A stretch of DNA of 64,000 bases from Alphaproteobacteria bacterium (GTDB lineage: Bacteria; Pseudomonadota; Alphaproteobacteria; UBA828). The DNA lies in assembly GCA_963422645.2 (NCBI GenBank), contig CAXXVO010000021.1:96655-160654 (forward strand), read 5' to 3'. The translations under genes were made by a program, and so were the position numbers. The notes beneath the pieces are model-generated. The model was not told the origin of the DNA, searched no databases, and saw nothing but the letters and a program-made list of their open reading frames with translations. Positions 50,835-61,010 of this stretch are shown here, one piece after another. How positions within the stretch are numbered: the first letter of the stretch is position 1; each line of letters begins with the position of its first letter.

Positions 50835-51743
50835 CTAGCCCTTGACCGCACCGAGGGTAAGCCCGCGCACGATGTAGCGCTGCGCAAAGAGCGCGATCAG
50901 GACCGGCGGAATCATGGCGATGAGCGAGCGTACTGCCACGAACCAGAACTGCACGCCGCGCGAATCCACACCTCCCGCGATATGGACCGGCATGGTCGCC
51001 GATTCCTTGATGGTCAGGATCACCGCAAAGAGATACTCGTTCCACGCGAACGCGAACATGATGAGCGCGGACGCCGCGATCGCCGGCAGCGCGAGCGGGA
51101 TCGCTACCCGGAAGAACGCGACGAAGTGCGAGCCGCCGTCCACCAGCGCCGCCTCCTCCAGCTCGATCGGCAGGTCCTGGAAGGTCTGGCGCACGATCAC
51201 CACCACGAAGGGCAGGATGAAGGTGGCGTTGACCAGGATCAGCGCGGCATGGGTGTCCAGCATGTCGATGGAGGAGAAGACGATGAAGAAGGGCACCGCC
51301 GTCGCCACCGGCGGCAGCACCCGCTGCGACAGGAACCAGATCGTGAGGTCCTTGTTCTTGATGCGCCTGAAGCGGAAGCGCGCGAGCGCATAGGCCGCCG
51401 GCAGGCCGAGGGTCAGCGCGATCAGCACCGAGCAGATGGAGATGACCAGGCTGTTGCCGAAGGCGTTGTAGGCCTCCGGCACCGACATCTGCGATATCCA
51501 GTTCTCGAGCGTCGGCGCGAAGTCGATGAAGGGGACGCCGAGGCCGGTCACGGTGAAGGTCTCGACCGGTTTCCGCAGGCTGTTGGAAACCCCCCAGTAG
51601 ATCGGGAAGAAGAAGATCAGCGCGATGAAAATCGCAATGATCGAGAAGCAGGCATCGGCGAACCAGAGCCGTTTGCGCCGGGCGCGTGCCTGGGGCCCGC
51701 CGGCGGGCTGGCCGAACAGAGACTTGCCCAGCCCGCTAAGCAT
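50835..51743 (-). CDS. Carbohydrate ABC transporter permease (MalG type)
   Basis: EEAALVDG EAA loop, AWNEYLFA. Confidence 0.93.
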   Translation of the reverse strand: MLSGLGKSLFGQPAGGPQARARRKRLWFADACFSIIAIFIALIFFFPIYWGVSNSLRKPVETFTVTGLGVPFIDFAPTLENWISQMSVPEAYNAFGNSLVISICSVLIALTLGLPAAYALARFRFRRIKNKDLTIWFLSQRVLPPVATAVPFFIVFSSIDMLDTHAALILVNATFILPFVVVIVRQTFQDLPIELEEAALVDGGSHFVAFFRVAIPLALPAIAASALIMFAFAWNEYLFAVILTIKESATMPVHIAGGVDSRGVQFWFVAVRSLIAMIPPVLIALFAQRYIVRGLTLGAVKG

Positions 51744-52689
51744 AGGTTTGCCTCAGGCGACGGAAGAAGAGCGTGACCACGATCATCACCACGATCAGCA
51801 GCAGGTAGGCCATAGCCGAGGCGTAACCGAAGTCGTTCAGTTTGAAGCCGCGGGTGAACGCCAGATAGCTATACGACTGGGTGGCGATGCCGGGCCCGCC
51901 CTTGGTCATCGTCGCGATGATGTCGAAGAGTTTGACCGCCTCCGCGAGGCGCAGCAGCAGCACGATAATGATGACTGGCTGAATCATCGGAATCACGACG
52001 ATGCGCCAGAGGTCCCAGGCCGAGCCGCTGTCCAGCCTGGCGCATTCCACAAGATCGTCGGGGATGCTCTGCAGCGCGGCGAGGAACACAAGGAAACAGA
52101 AGGGCGTCCACTGCCATATATCGACGATAATTACCGATACGACCGCCCAATCCGGGTCCGACAACCATGGTATGCCCATGAATTCGAGCGGCCCGCCGAC
52201 CTCGTAGAAGACAGTAAAGAACAGGTAGCCGACCGCGATCGGGGTCGCGAAGATCGGCAAAATCATGATCGTTCGCAGCACCGATCGCCCAAAGATGTAT
52301 CGGTGGAAGAGGAAGGCGAGCAGGAATCCCAGCACAATCTCGACGGTCACCGCAGTGAACACGAAGATCGCGGTGAGCTTCACCGCCGCCCCCACCTCCT
52401 CGTCGCCGAAGGCGCGGACAAAACTGGCGAAGCCGTTCCAGGTGAAGTTGGTCTGAAGTTCGCGGTGCACCACGGTCTTGGTGCGCGGCTCGCCGCTCTT
52501 CTTGAGCACGGGCTCGCCCGCGTCGTTGAGCACCGGCACCTTCTCGCGCCCGGAGACGACGACCTTGCGCTCGACATCATGGAAGCTGAGGTAAAGCGAA
52601 TAGCCGAGCGGGAAGACGGTGAACGCCAGTACCCAGAAGACGGCCGGCAGCAAGAAGGCGAACTTGACCGGCTTGTTCCAGCGGATCAT
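51736..52689 (-). CDS. Carbohydrate ABC transporter permease (MalF type)
   Basis: DIWQWTPF, ECARLDS, TKGGPG, FGYASAMA. Confidence 0.93.
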   Translation of the reverse strand: MIRWNKPVKFAFLLPAVFWVLAFTVFPLGYSLYLSFHDVERKVVVSGREKVPVLNDAGEPVLKKSGEPRTKTVVHRELQTNFTWNGFASFVRAFGDEEVGAAVKLTAIFVFTAVTVEIVLGFLLAFLFHRYIFGRSVLRTIMILPIFATPIAVGYLFFTVFYEVGGPLEFMGIPWLSDPDWAVVSVIIVDIWQWTPFCFLVFLAALQSIPDDLVECARLDSGSAWDLWRIVVIPMIQPVIIIVLLLRLAEAVKLFDIIATMTKGGPGIATQSYSYLAFTRGFKLNDFGYASAMAYLLLIVVMIVVTLFFRRLRQTYA

Positions 52690-52780
52690 GGCCGGCTAGG
52701 TCCCACTGAAAACGGAAGGGCGCAGGGCAATTGCGTCGTACGCGCGGCCGCTGCCCTGCGCCCTACCTGATGGTCTCGGT

Positions 52781-54424
52781 CTACCCGCCGAAGCCGATCG
52801 CTTCCTGATATTGCTTGAGAATCTTGTCACGGCCCAGCCGGTCCGTGATGTCTTCCCAGGACGCCGCGGTATCGGAAAGCGCCTCCTGAGCGGTCTTCTG
52901 GTCGCTCATGGCCGCGGACAGGTTCTTGTCCATGATGTCCCAGTATGCGGGCGCACCCTCGATCCGCAGATAGGTGAGGATCGTCGGCGCGGTGAAGTTG
53001 TCGTAATAGGCCTGGGTGTACTCGGCGACATCGTCCGCGTGCCAGCCTGCGGCCACGTAATCCTCGACCTTCGCCTCGCCCAGCGGCTCCAGGAACTGGT
53101 AGTAATACCCCGGATCGACACCGGTCCAGCCGTTATAGGCGCCCCAGTTCGACGACGGCTTGATCGCCATCAGCGAGAGGAACGAATAGGCGGCATCCGG
53201 GTTCTCGGAGAACGCCGAGATCACGCCGTGCCACGAGCCGCCGGTGGTGTTGCCGACAGGCTGCGGGTCATCGGTCTCGACCCAGGCGCCATTCTCATGA
53301 TCCCAGTACTTGTCCGAGCTGGGCATGAGCGCCGAACCGCAGATGCCCTTGAGCTTGGAGCGCGACTCATCCTGGCAGAGCGAGCCGACATCGCCCCAGC
53401 TGAACACGAAGATCGACTTGCCGCGCAGGAAGTAGTCCCACGCCTCGCCGAGGCTCCAGCCCACCTGGGCCTCAGGCCCGGTCTTGTGCAGCTCCTGCAG
53501 GAACTCGAGCGCCGCGACATGGCCGGGGCTGTCGATCAGCGGTGTCATGTCGGTGGGATCGAACCAGTAGACGTTGTGGTGCTGGGTGACCGCCTCGCCC
53601 GGAGTCATGGCGAAGGAAGCGGACAGCGACTGGAAGTGATAGTGCCCCTGCTCGCCCACCTTGAGGTGCAGTACGGTGCCGCTATCGGCCTCGTCGTCGT
53701 TGGCATCCCAGTTCTTGCCGTTGAAGAACTGCGAGATATCGAGCAACTGCTGCCAGGTCTTGGGCGGGACAGGCATATCGTAGCCCTTCTCCGCCTTGAA
53801 CGCGGCTTGATGCTCGGGGTCGTTGAGCACGTCGCGGCGATAGTAGAGCACCTGGCCGTCAGCGTCGTTGAGCACGCCGTAGGCGGTGTCTCCCCAGGTG
53901 TGCAGGGTCTTCAGCGAGGCCGGCATGGAATCGTAGGTCCACTGCGGGTGCTCGCCGCTCTCCATGAATTCCTCGATCGGAAGCATAAAGTCGCCGGCGA
54001 CGAGGTCGCCGTAGAAGAAGGCGCCGACGATGATCCCGTCATAGAGGCCCGTACCCTGGCGCAGATCGAGCATCATCTTGGCGTAGAGATCGGTGACGGG
54101 GGTCAACGCGATCTCCAGCTTGCCGCCGGACAGCTCCTCCCAGATCGGGCGGAAGCTGAAAATCGGCCCCGAGATCCCGCCGCGCGGCCCTGAATCGAGA
54201 GTCAGCACCGTGATCGTGGTTCCTTCGAAGGGCTTCTCGCCCGGCCCGAACAGTTCGCCGAGCTCGTCGCGCGACGTCTTGATAACAGCGCCATCCTCCA
54301 TGATGAGGTCGACCGAGCCGTCGTCGTGCCACGTGACGTGCCCGTCCTGCGCCATCGCGTCTGCTGCGGTCAGTGCAGCGAGCGCCACACCTGCCGAGAT
54401 CAACCCGGCCTTTAAAGCCTTCAT
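52781..54424 (-). CDS. Carbohydrate ABC transporter periplasmic substrate-binding protein
   Basis: Signal peptide MKALKAGLISAGVALAALTAADAMA; LYYRRDV, PPKTWQQL SBP_bac_1-like motifs; heads the ABC operon. Confidence 0.9.
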   Translation of the reverse strand: MKALKAGLISAGVALAALTAADAMAQDGHVTWHDDGSVDLIMEDGAVIKTSRDELGELFGPGEKPFEGTTITVLTLDSGPRGGISGPIFSFRPIWEELSGGKLEIALTPVTDLYAKMMLDLRQGTGLYDGIIVGAFFYGDLVAGDFMLPIEEFMESGEHPQWTYDSMPASLKTLHTWGDTAYGVLNDADGQVLYYRRDVLNDPEHQAAFKAEKGYDMPVPPKTWQQLLDISQFFNGKNWDANDDEADSGTVLHLKVGEQGHYHFQSLSASFAMTPGEAVTQHHNVYWFDPTDMTPLIDSPGHVAALEFLQELHKTGPEAQVGWSLGEAWDYFLRGKSIFVFSWGDVGSLCQDESRSKLKGICGSALMPSSDKYWDHENGAWVETDDPQPVGNTTGGSWHGVISAFSENPDAAYSFLSLMAIKPSSNWGAYNGWTGVDPGYYYQFLEPLGEAKVEDYVAAGWHADDVAEYTQAYYDNFTAPTILTYLRIEGAPAYWDIMDKNLSAAMSDQKTAQEALSDTAASWEDITDRLGRDKILKQYQEAIGFGG

Positions 54425-54620
54425 TCTCCATCTCCCTCGTCGTGGACGGCCTACACTGCCGCCAAACGTGGCACGACTATAATCAATGGCGCGTCGGCGG
54501 CAAGCGTTTGCCGCCATCAAATTCGGCGACCGGCCAACGTTGACCGCCATAGGGCGAGTCCCTAAGGTCGCGGCCGCCGCGCCGCCGGCGAATGGGCAGC
54601 AATTCAGGGGATATCGAGCC

Positions 54621-55139
54621 ATGGCCGTGGAGCGCAAAGAGGTAGCCGAGCAGCGCTATCGCGAATCCTACGGGCGCTACTTCGAGGACTTCGTGGTGGG
54701 CGATGTCTACGAGCACCGGCCGGGCCGGACGCTCACCGAGTACGACAACATCTCCTTCACGCTGCTCACCATGAACACCCATCCGATCCACTTCGACAGC
54801 CACTACGCCTCGCACAGCGAGTTCGGTCAGCCGCTGGTCAACAGCGCGCTCACGCTGGCGATCGTCGCCGGCATGTCGGTGAGCGACATCAGCCAGAAGG
54901 CGATCGCCAACCTGGGCTGGAACGACATCCGGCTGACCGCGCCGGTCTATGTCGGCGATACCATCTACGCCGAATCGGAAGTGTTGGAGACGCGGGAATC
55001 GCGCTCCCGCCCCACCCAGGGGATCGTCACGGTCAAGACCACGGGCAAGAAGTCGGACGGCACGGTGTTCATGACCTACGAGCGCACGGTGCTGGTGCCG
55101 AAGCGCGGCCACGCCGTGGACGACCGCGCCGAGTACTGA
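54621..55139 (+). CDS. MaoC family (R)-enoyl-CoA hydratase/dehydratase
   Basis: GRYFEDFVVGD, RTLTEYDN, NTHPIHFD, PVYVGDTIYAES. Confidence 0.9.
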   Translation: MAVERKEVAEQRYRESYGRYFEDFVVGDVYEHRPGRTLTEYDNISFTLLTMNTHPIHFDSHYASHSEFGQPLVNSALTLAIVAGMSVSDISQKAIANLGWNDIRLTAPVYVGDTIYAESEVLETRESRSRPTQGIVTVKTTGKKSDGTVFMTYERTVLVPKRGHAVDDRAEY

Positions 55140-55243
55140 GCCGCCCGCCCGTTGGCTGCCTCCGGCGGCGGAGAATTAGAGGCATTGAAAGCCACTCGGC
55201 AGGTTGGCCGGACCGCGGTATAATCGCTTTAGCGGAGGTACGC

Positions 55244-56695
55244 ATGCGCACTCGAATCATCCACCTCATCAATCCCCAGACCAACCAGTTCACGACGCGC
55301 CCGATGTACTTCAACCGGGCGCTTTATTCGCCGCTGGCGGGTCTGTTGGCGGTCGCGGCGGTGATTCCGCAGGACCGCTACGAAGTCGTGATGACCGATG
55401 AGAACATCGAGGACATCGACTTCGACCTGAAGGTCGACATGGTCGGCATCTCGGCCATGACGAGCTACGTGAAGCGCGGCTACGAGATCGCCGAGCGCTT
55501 CCGCGCCAAAGGTGTGCCCGTGGTCATCGGGGGCGTGCATGCGAGCTTCATGCCCCAGGAGGCGCTAGAGCACTGCGACGCCGTGGTGATCGGCGAAGCC
55601 GAGCTGGTGATGCCCAAGGTCCTGGACGACCTGGATGGCGGCGAGCTCAGGGGCATCTACCGCGCCGACACGCTGCACTCGATGGTCAACATGCCCATTC
55701 CTCGCTACGACCTGGTGAAGAAGAACCGCTACGTCAACCGCACCTTCGTGCAGACCTCGCGCGGTTGTCATCAGGGCTGCACCTTCTGCGCCGAGCCGCT
55801 GATGAACGGGCTCAAGTTCCGCTACCGGCCGGTCGATGAGGTGATCCGCGAGATCGAGAACTGCGGGCAGCGCACGATCTCTCTCAACGATGCCGATTTC
55901 TTCGGCACCGAGGAGCGGCCCAAGGAGGTGATGCGGGCGCTCAGGGGGCGCGGCATTCGCTGGCAGGCCGCCGCCACCAGCAAGCTCGCCCAGAAGGACG
56001 AGATGCTGGAGCTTGCGGCCGAGAGCGGCTGCTACATGCTGAGCATCGGCTTCGAATCGATCTCGCGCGACACGCTCAAGCGCGTCCACAAGTACGTCAA
56101 CCGGCCGGATCAGTTCGCCGCGCTGGTGGAGAAGATCCACAGCTACGGGATCATGGTCTTCGGGCTCTTCATGTTCGGCTTCGAGGGCGATGGCGAGACC
56201 GTCTTCGACGAGACGACGAAATTCAATATCGACGCCAACTACGACGCTTGCGCCTACTCGGTGCTGACCCCCTACCCCGGCACGCTTACCTGGTATGAGA
56301 TGAAGAAGGCCGGGCAGATCGTCTCCTACGACTGGGATCTCTACGACCAGGGGCACATCGTCTACCGGCCGGAGAAGCTCACCACACAGAAGCTCCGCGA
56401 AGGCCACATGCGGGCCTACAAGAACTTCTACTCGCTCCCCTCGATCGCCAGGCGCTTCCCGCTCACCGGCTCGCGCAACCGGCTCCACTGGTCCATCTAC
56501 AACGGCTTCTTCCGCCGGGGCGAGGTGACGGGACGGGGGATGGAGAAGCCGATCGCGGATGCCACGCCCGAGCCCACGACCATCCCGGTGCCGCCGATCA
56601 TGCCGCAGAAGCGCGAATGGCGGGAGATGGTGGCCGAGGGCATCGGCCCGATGCCGGCCCCTCAGACCGAGCGAGAGCTGCGCAGCCAGGCTTAA
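55244..56695 (+). CDS. B12-binding domain radical SAM protein (class B methyltransferase-like)
   Basis: GGVHAS, IGEAE B12 domain; SRGCHQGCTFC CxxxCxxC; IGFES, TPYPGT. Confidence 0.92.
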   Translation: MRTRIIHLINPQTNQFTTRPMYFNRALYSPLAGLLAVAAVIPQDRYEVVMTDENIEDIDFDLKVDMVGISAMTSYVKRGYEIAERFRAKGVPVVIGGVHASFMPQEALEHCDAVVIGEAELVMPKVLDDLDGGELRGIYRADTLHSMVNMPIPRYDLVKKNRYVNRTFVQTSRGCHQGCTFCAEPLMNGLKFRYRPVDEVIREIENCGQRTISLNDADFFGTEERPKEVMRALRGRGIRWQAAATSKLAQKDEMLELAAESGCYMLSIGFESISRDTLKRVHKYVNRPDQFAALVEKIHSYGIMVFGLFMFGFEGDGETVFDETTKFNIDANYDACAYSVLTPYPGTLTWYEMKKAGQIVSYDWDLYDQGHIVYRPEKLTTQKLREGHMRAYKNFYSLPSIARRFPLTGSRNRLHWSIYNGFFRRGEVTGRGMEKPIADATPEPTTIPVPPIMPQKREWREMVAEGIGPMPAPQTERELRSQA

Positions 56696-56738
56696 GGGTT
56701 CGCCGGCCGAAGCACGCCCGCCCGGCCGCGACTGAAGT

Positions 56739-59700
56739 CTACTCCGCCGCGGCGGCTTCCTTCACGGCGTCGGCGAAGCTTGCGTCGCGGCCGTAGTCCG
56801 AGAGTCCTTCCACGCTGACGAGGCCATCCTCCAGGTCGGCGCGGAGTGCGGCGTCCGCCCGCTCGTGCGGGTCGCCGTAGCCGCCGCCCCCGGGCACCCG
56901 GACGAGAATCTGGTCGCCCCGGTGGAGCTGGATGTTGACGAACTTGGTCGGGCTCACGGTGCCGTAGATCTCCTTGAAGGTGTGGAACTCCTCGTCCTCG
57001 ACGCGCTTGACGAAAAAACCTGTCGGTGCGCCGGGTCGGCCTTTCATCAGCCCGTAGGGCCCCTCGGTCATGCGGTCGGTGAGCGCGCTCACGCTGATCG
57101 CGTCCGCGACCACCTCGAACTGGCGCCAGCAGCCGAGCCCGCCCCGCCACTTGCCCGCCCCGCCTGAATCGGGGCGGATCTCGTACTTCAGCGTCCGGAG
57201 CGGGAAGCGGGTCTCGAACACCTCGATCGGTGTCGCCCGGATGGTGCTGGCATGGGCGCAGCAGAGCGCGGTGTTGCCGTCCTTGCCGAGCCGGCCGCCC
57301 CAGCCGCCGCCTTCCAGTTGATAGTGGGTCCAGTACTCACCGGTATCGGGGTGAATTCCACCGAGCAGCAGGTTGCACGCGGTGCCGCCTTCGGCCGCGC
57401 TCACCATGTCCGGCACGGCCTTGGAGAGCGCGTGTTGCACCGCCGCGATGATGCGGGGCTGGCCCTCGGTGTTGCCGGCGACGCTGGGCGCGGGGAAGAC
57501 CGGGTTTGCCACCGTCCCAGGCGGCGCCACGACGCGAAGCGGCTTGAAGCACCCACTGTTCAGCGGCACGTTGCGGGCGCAGAGGGTCTGCAGCACCGCG
57601 GTGCAGCCGGCGGCCGCCGTCGCGACGTAGGTGACGTTGATCGGCCCCCGCGCCTGCTCGTCCGAGTCCGAGAGATCGACCACGATCTCCTCCTCCCGGA
57701 TGTGCACCGTGGGGCGGAAGTAGTAGCGGTTGGTGCTGACCCCGTCGTCCTCGAAGTAGTCTTCGGCCTTGTAGATCCCGTTGGGGAGCTTGCGAATCTC
57801 GTTCCGCATCCAGTGCTCGGCGTGGTCGACGAGCGCGTCGCAGATCTTCTCGAAGGTCTCGACGCCGAGCCGCTTCACCAGGGCGCCGAGGCGCTGCTCG
57901 GCGGTGTTGAGCGAGCCGATCATGGCGTGGAAGTCGCCCCAGGTGGTGTTGGGCGTGCGGTGATTGGCGAGCGCGATGCGCCAGACGTCCTTCACGTACT
58001 CGCCGCGCGAGAGCAGCTTCACCGGGGGTAGCCGGAGCCCCTCCTGAAACACCTCGGTCGCGGTGCTGGCGAAGGAGCCCACCGCCATGCCGCCGATCTC
58101 GGCGATGTGGGCGATGTTGGCTGCATACCCGATCAGCGTGCCGTCGACGAAGACCGGCTTCATCAACAGATGCTCCGGCATGTGGCACTGGCCGCGGTAG
58201 GGATCGTTGTGGACGATCACGTCGCCCTGCTCGATCGGCTCGTCCATCTCCTTCACGCAGAGCGGCACCGTGTGCAGGCCGGCGCAGATGATCGCCGGGT
58301 TCATCTCGGCCTGGCCCACCATGCGCAAACGACGGTCGAACAGGCAGCAGGAGAAGTCCCGCGATTCGCTGAAGATCGGCGAATACGCGGTGCGCACCAT
58401 GGCGCTTTCCATCTCGTTGCAGATGTTGCCGAGCGCGTTGTTGACCACGGTGAGCGTCACCGGGTCCTTCTCCGGCGCGAGCCGCCCGGTGCCGACCGCA
58501 GCACTGGCCGCCCTGGGCAGGCTCACGATCAGGCTGCCATCGGCGCCGATCTCCACCTCGCTCCGGGGCGGCACGAGGGTGGTGGAATCCATCTCGTCGA
58601 TGATCGCGGGCCCTGCGATCACGGAGCCTGCGGGAAGCTCGGCGCGCCGGTAGATCGGCGTCTCCAGCGGCTCCTCGCCCTCGAAATAGACCTCGCGGTG
58701 GGCATGGGCCTGGCCCGAGCCCGTGGCGGGTGCGTTGAGCGTCGCATCGGTGCGCTCCTCGCCGACGGCGATCACCCGCACCTCGGTCATCTCGACCACC
58801 TTGTCGCGCAGTGCGTAGCCGTAAAGCTCCTCGTGCTGGCTGTGCAACCCCTCGAGCGCCCGCGCGAACCCGGCCTCGTCGAGCTCCAACGAGTCGAGCT
58901 GCACCAGCTCGCCGAAGTTCTGGCCCGCGTAGCGCATGCTGATGTAGCCGGCGACGTGGGCCTCGCCCTCCAGCCCGTCGCGCCTGAGCTCCTCCACCGC
59001 CTCGCGGGCGAGCGCCTGGAGCTGGTCGTTCAGCGTGGGGAGATCCACCGTGTCCGAGCGGTGGTTGACCGTGCGCGCGCGGTCGACGCGGAGGTCGGTG
59101 AGCAAGGTTCCGAGCGCCGAGCAGAGGCCCGGATGGGGCGGCACGACGACCTTCTTCATCTCCAGCGGCGCCGCGACATCGACGGCATGAAGCGGGCCCG
59201 CGCCGCCGAAGGCGATCAATGCATAGTCGCGGTGATCGATGCCGCGCTCGACCGTCATCAGGCGGATCGCGTCCGCCATGTTCTCGGCCGCGGTCTCCAG
59301 GACCGCACGCGCGGTCTCCACCGCTGTGAGCCCGAGCTTGACGCCGAGTTCCGCGACGGCCTCGTGCGCCTTGGCGGCGTCGAGGGTCATTGCGCCGCCC
59401 AGGAAGTAGTCGGGGTCGAGCCGGCCCAGCACCACGTTGGCGTCGGTCACCGTCGGCTCGGTCCCGCCCTGGCCGTAGCAGGCGGGGCCGGGGTCGGCGC
59501 CGGCGCTGCGCGGCCCGACACGGAGCAGGCCGCCCACGTCGATATAGGCGATGGAGCCGCCGCCCGCGCCGATGGTGGTGTAGTCGATGAAGAGCGCGCT
59601 CACCGGCACGCCCCACTCCACCTCGTATTCGGTGGTGGAGCCGAAGGCGCCGTCGGTGACGAGGCCGACGTCGCAGCTCGTGCCGCCCATGTCGAGGGTG

Positions 59701-60554
59701 ACGCCGTTGCCGTCGGCATGGTCGCGGGCGAAGCGGGCGCCGGCGATGACACCGCCGGCGAGGCCCGAGAGCAGGAGCTGGACCGGCGATTCGCCGGCAG
59801 ATTCTGCCTGCAGATGGCCGCCGTTCGACTTCATCAGTGAGAGCGGCGCCGCGATTCCTGCCTTCTCAAGGTCGGCCGAAACCCGGCCTACGAAGCGGTC
59901 GATGATGCGCTTGATGAATGCGTCGGTGATGACCGTCGCACTCCGTTGATACTCGCGCCAGATCGGGCAAACGTGGCTGGAGAGCGAGACCGGCAGGTCG
60001 GGGAAGCGCTCGGCCAGATAGGCGCCGATGGCCTCCTCATGGCTGGTATCGACGTAGCAGAAGAGCAGGTTGACCGCGACCGCCCACTCTCGCGCGGGGT
60101 CGCTTGCGCGCCACTCGTCGATCCAGTCGCCGAGCCGCTCCAGCTCAGGCCTTTCCAGCGGGATCAATATGTTGCCCTTGTGATCGACGCGCTCCTTGAT
60201 GCCGAAGACATGGCGGCGCAGCACGCCTGCGCTGGGCTTCTCCCAGGCCGGGTTGTAGGCCTCCTTGCGCGCAATCAGGCCGATGATGGGTACGTCCTGC
60301 AGGCCGTCGGTGCCGACGTAGAGCACGGTCGCGCCCTTCTTCTGCAGGCGCGCGTTGGTGGCGATGGTAGTGCCGAGCACGATGCGGCCGATCTCGTCCG
60401 GAGTCAGCTCGCTTTGGCCGATGGCGTTGAGCGGCGCGGCGGCGGGCTGCTGCGGCGTGGACGGGACCTTGACGGTGCGGATGTGCCCGCTGGTGTCGTC
60501 CAGCGCGACCAGGTCCGTGAACGTGCCGCCGGTATCGATGCCGACTCTATACAT
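56739..60554 (-). CDS. Fused hydantoinase A/B (5-oxoprolinase-like) ATP-dependent amidohydrolase/carboxylase
   Basis: IDTGGTFTD, DMGGTSCD, GAGGGSIA (HyuA) followed by RTAYSPIF..SRDFSC, NDPY, PGGGGYGDP (HyuB). Confidence 0.92.
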   Translation of the reverse strand: MYRVGIDTGGTFTDLVALDDTSGHIRTVKVPSTPQQPAAAPLNAIGQSELTPDEIGRIVLGTTIATNARLQKKGATVLYVGTDGLQDVPIIGLIARKEAYNPAWEKPSAGVLRRHVFGIKERVDHKGNILIPLERPELERLGDWIDEWRASDPAREWAVAVNLLFCYVDTSHEEAIGAYLAERFPDLPVSLSSHVCPIWREYQRSATVITDAFIKRIIDRFVGRVSADLEKAGIAAPLSLMKSNGGHLQAESAGESPVQLLLSGLAGGVIAGARFARDHADGNGVTLDMGGTSCDVGLVTDGAFGSTTEYEVEWGVPVSALFIDYTTIGAGGGSIAYIDVGGLLRVGPRSAGADPGPACYGQGGTEPTVTDANVVLGRLDPDYFLGGAMTLDAAKAHEAVAELGVKLGLTAVETARAVLETAAENMADAIRLMTVERGIDHRDYALIAFGGAGPLHAVDVAAPLEMKKVVVPPHPGLCSALGTLLTDLRVDRARTVNHRSDTVDLPTLNDQLQALAREAVEELRRDGLEGEAHVAGYISMRYAGQNFGELVQLDSLELDEAGFARALEGLHSQHEELYGYALRDKVVEMTEVRVIAVGEERTDATLNAPATGSGQAHAHREVYFEGEEPLETPIYRRAELPAGSVIAGPAIIDEMDSTTLVPPRSEVEIGADGSLIVSLPRAASAAVGTGRLAPEKDPVTLTVVNNALGNICNEMESAMVRTAYSPIFSESRDFSCCLFDRRLRMVGQAEMNPAIICAGLHTVPLCVKEMDEPIEQGDVIVHNDPYRGQCHMPEHLLMKPVFVDGTLIGYAANIAHIAEIGGMAVGSFASTATEVFQEGLRLPPVKLLSRGEYVKDVWRIALANHRTPNTTWGDFHAMIGSLNTAEQRLGALVKRLGVETFEKICDALVDHAEHWMRNEIRKLPNGIYKAEDYFEDDGVSTNRYYFRPTVHIREEEIVVDLSDSDEQARGPINVTYVATAAAGCTAVLQTLCARNVPLNSGCFKPLRVVAPPGTVANPVFPAPSVAGNTEGQPRIIAAVQHALSKAVPDMVSAAEGGTACNLLLGGIHPDTGEYWTHYQLEGGGWGGRLGKDGNTALCCAHASTIRATPIEVFETRFPLRTLKYEIRPDSGGAGKWRGGLGCWRQFEVVADAISVSALTDRMTEGPYGLMKGRPGAPTGFFVKRVEDEEFHTFKEIYGTVSPTKFVNIQLHRGDQILVRVPGGGGYGDPHERADAALRADLEDGLVSVEGLSDYGRDASFADAVKEAAAAE

Positions 60555-60786
60555 CGCCTGCCTCCTCGCCATGCTTGGCTTCCTCGACGCGGCCTGCAGC
60601 CTTCGCCTCGGCGAACTCGGCACGCACGCGCCGCTTCACGTCGGCGCACTTGTCCTCGCAGAACATCTCGCCGGGGAACTCGTCGTCCACCCAGTATTCC
60701 CGCGCCATCATGATGCCGCAGAAGGAGCAGTTGAAAATTCGGGTGTCGTACCAGGTGAGTTCAAAGGGGAGCCACTTGCCGCTCAT
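60547..60786 (-). CDS. Small Cys-rich putative Zn-binding protein preceding the hydantoinase
   Basis: 79 aa; CSFC...FCEDKC; GAGG RBS upstream; 8-nt overlap with the hydantoinase start. Confidence 0.7.
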   Translation of the reverse strand: MSGKWLPFELTWYDTRIFNCSFCGIMMAREYWVDDEFPGEMFCEDKCADVKRRVRAEFAEAKAAGRVEEAKHGEEAGDV

Positions 60787-61010
60787 CTCACCTCGCCTCC
60801 CTGCATGTCCCGGATGGCCGAGACAGTTTCACGGCGTGCAATGCGGGTCAACCGCACGCGGCCGCGACCAGCGTTTCCTCTCCAGCCCGCCGGGCCGTCA
60901 GGCCCGAAGCGCGCGCCCGCTGCAACACCGGCCAGTTGGCAACTAACAGGGCTTGAGCCGCCGACAAGATTTGCGCTGCAGCCAATTTGGAGCACGAATC
61001 AGTACAGACT

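Noticed and set aside
57337-59616. 759-aa Arg-rich ORF inside the hydantoinase gene
   Set aside because: Alternative frame of a high-GC gene with low-complexity composition
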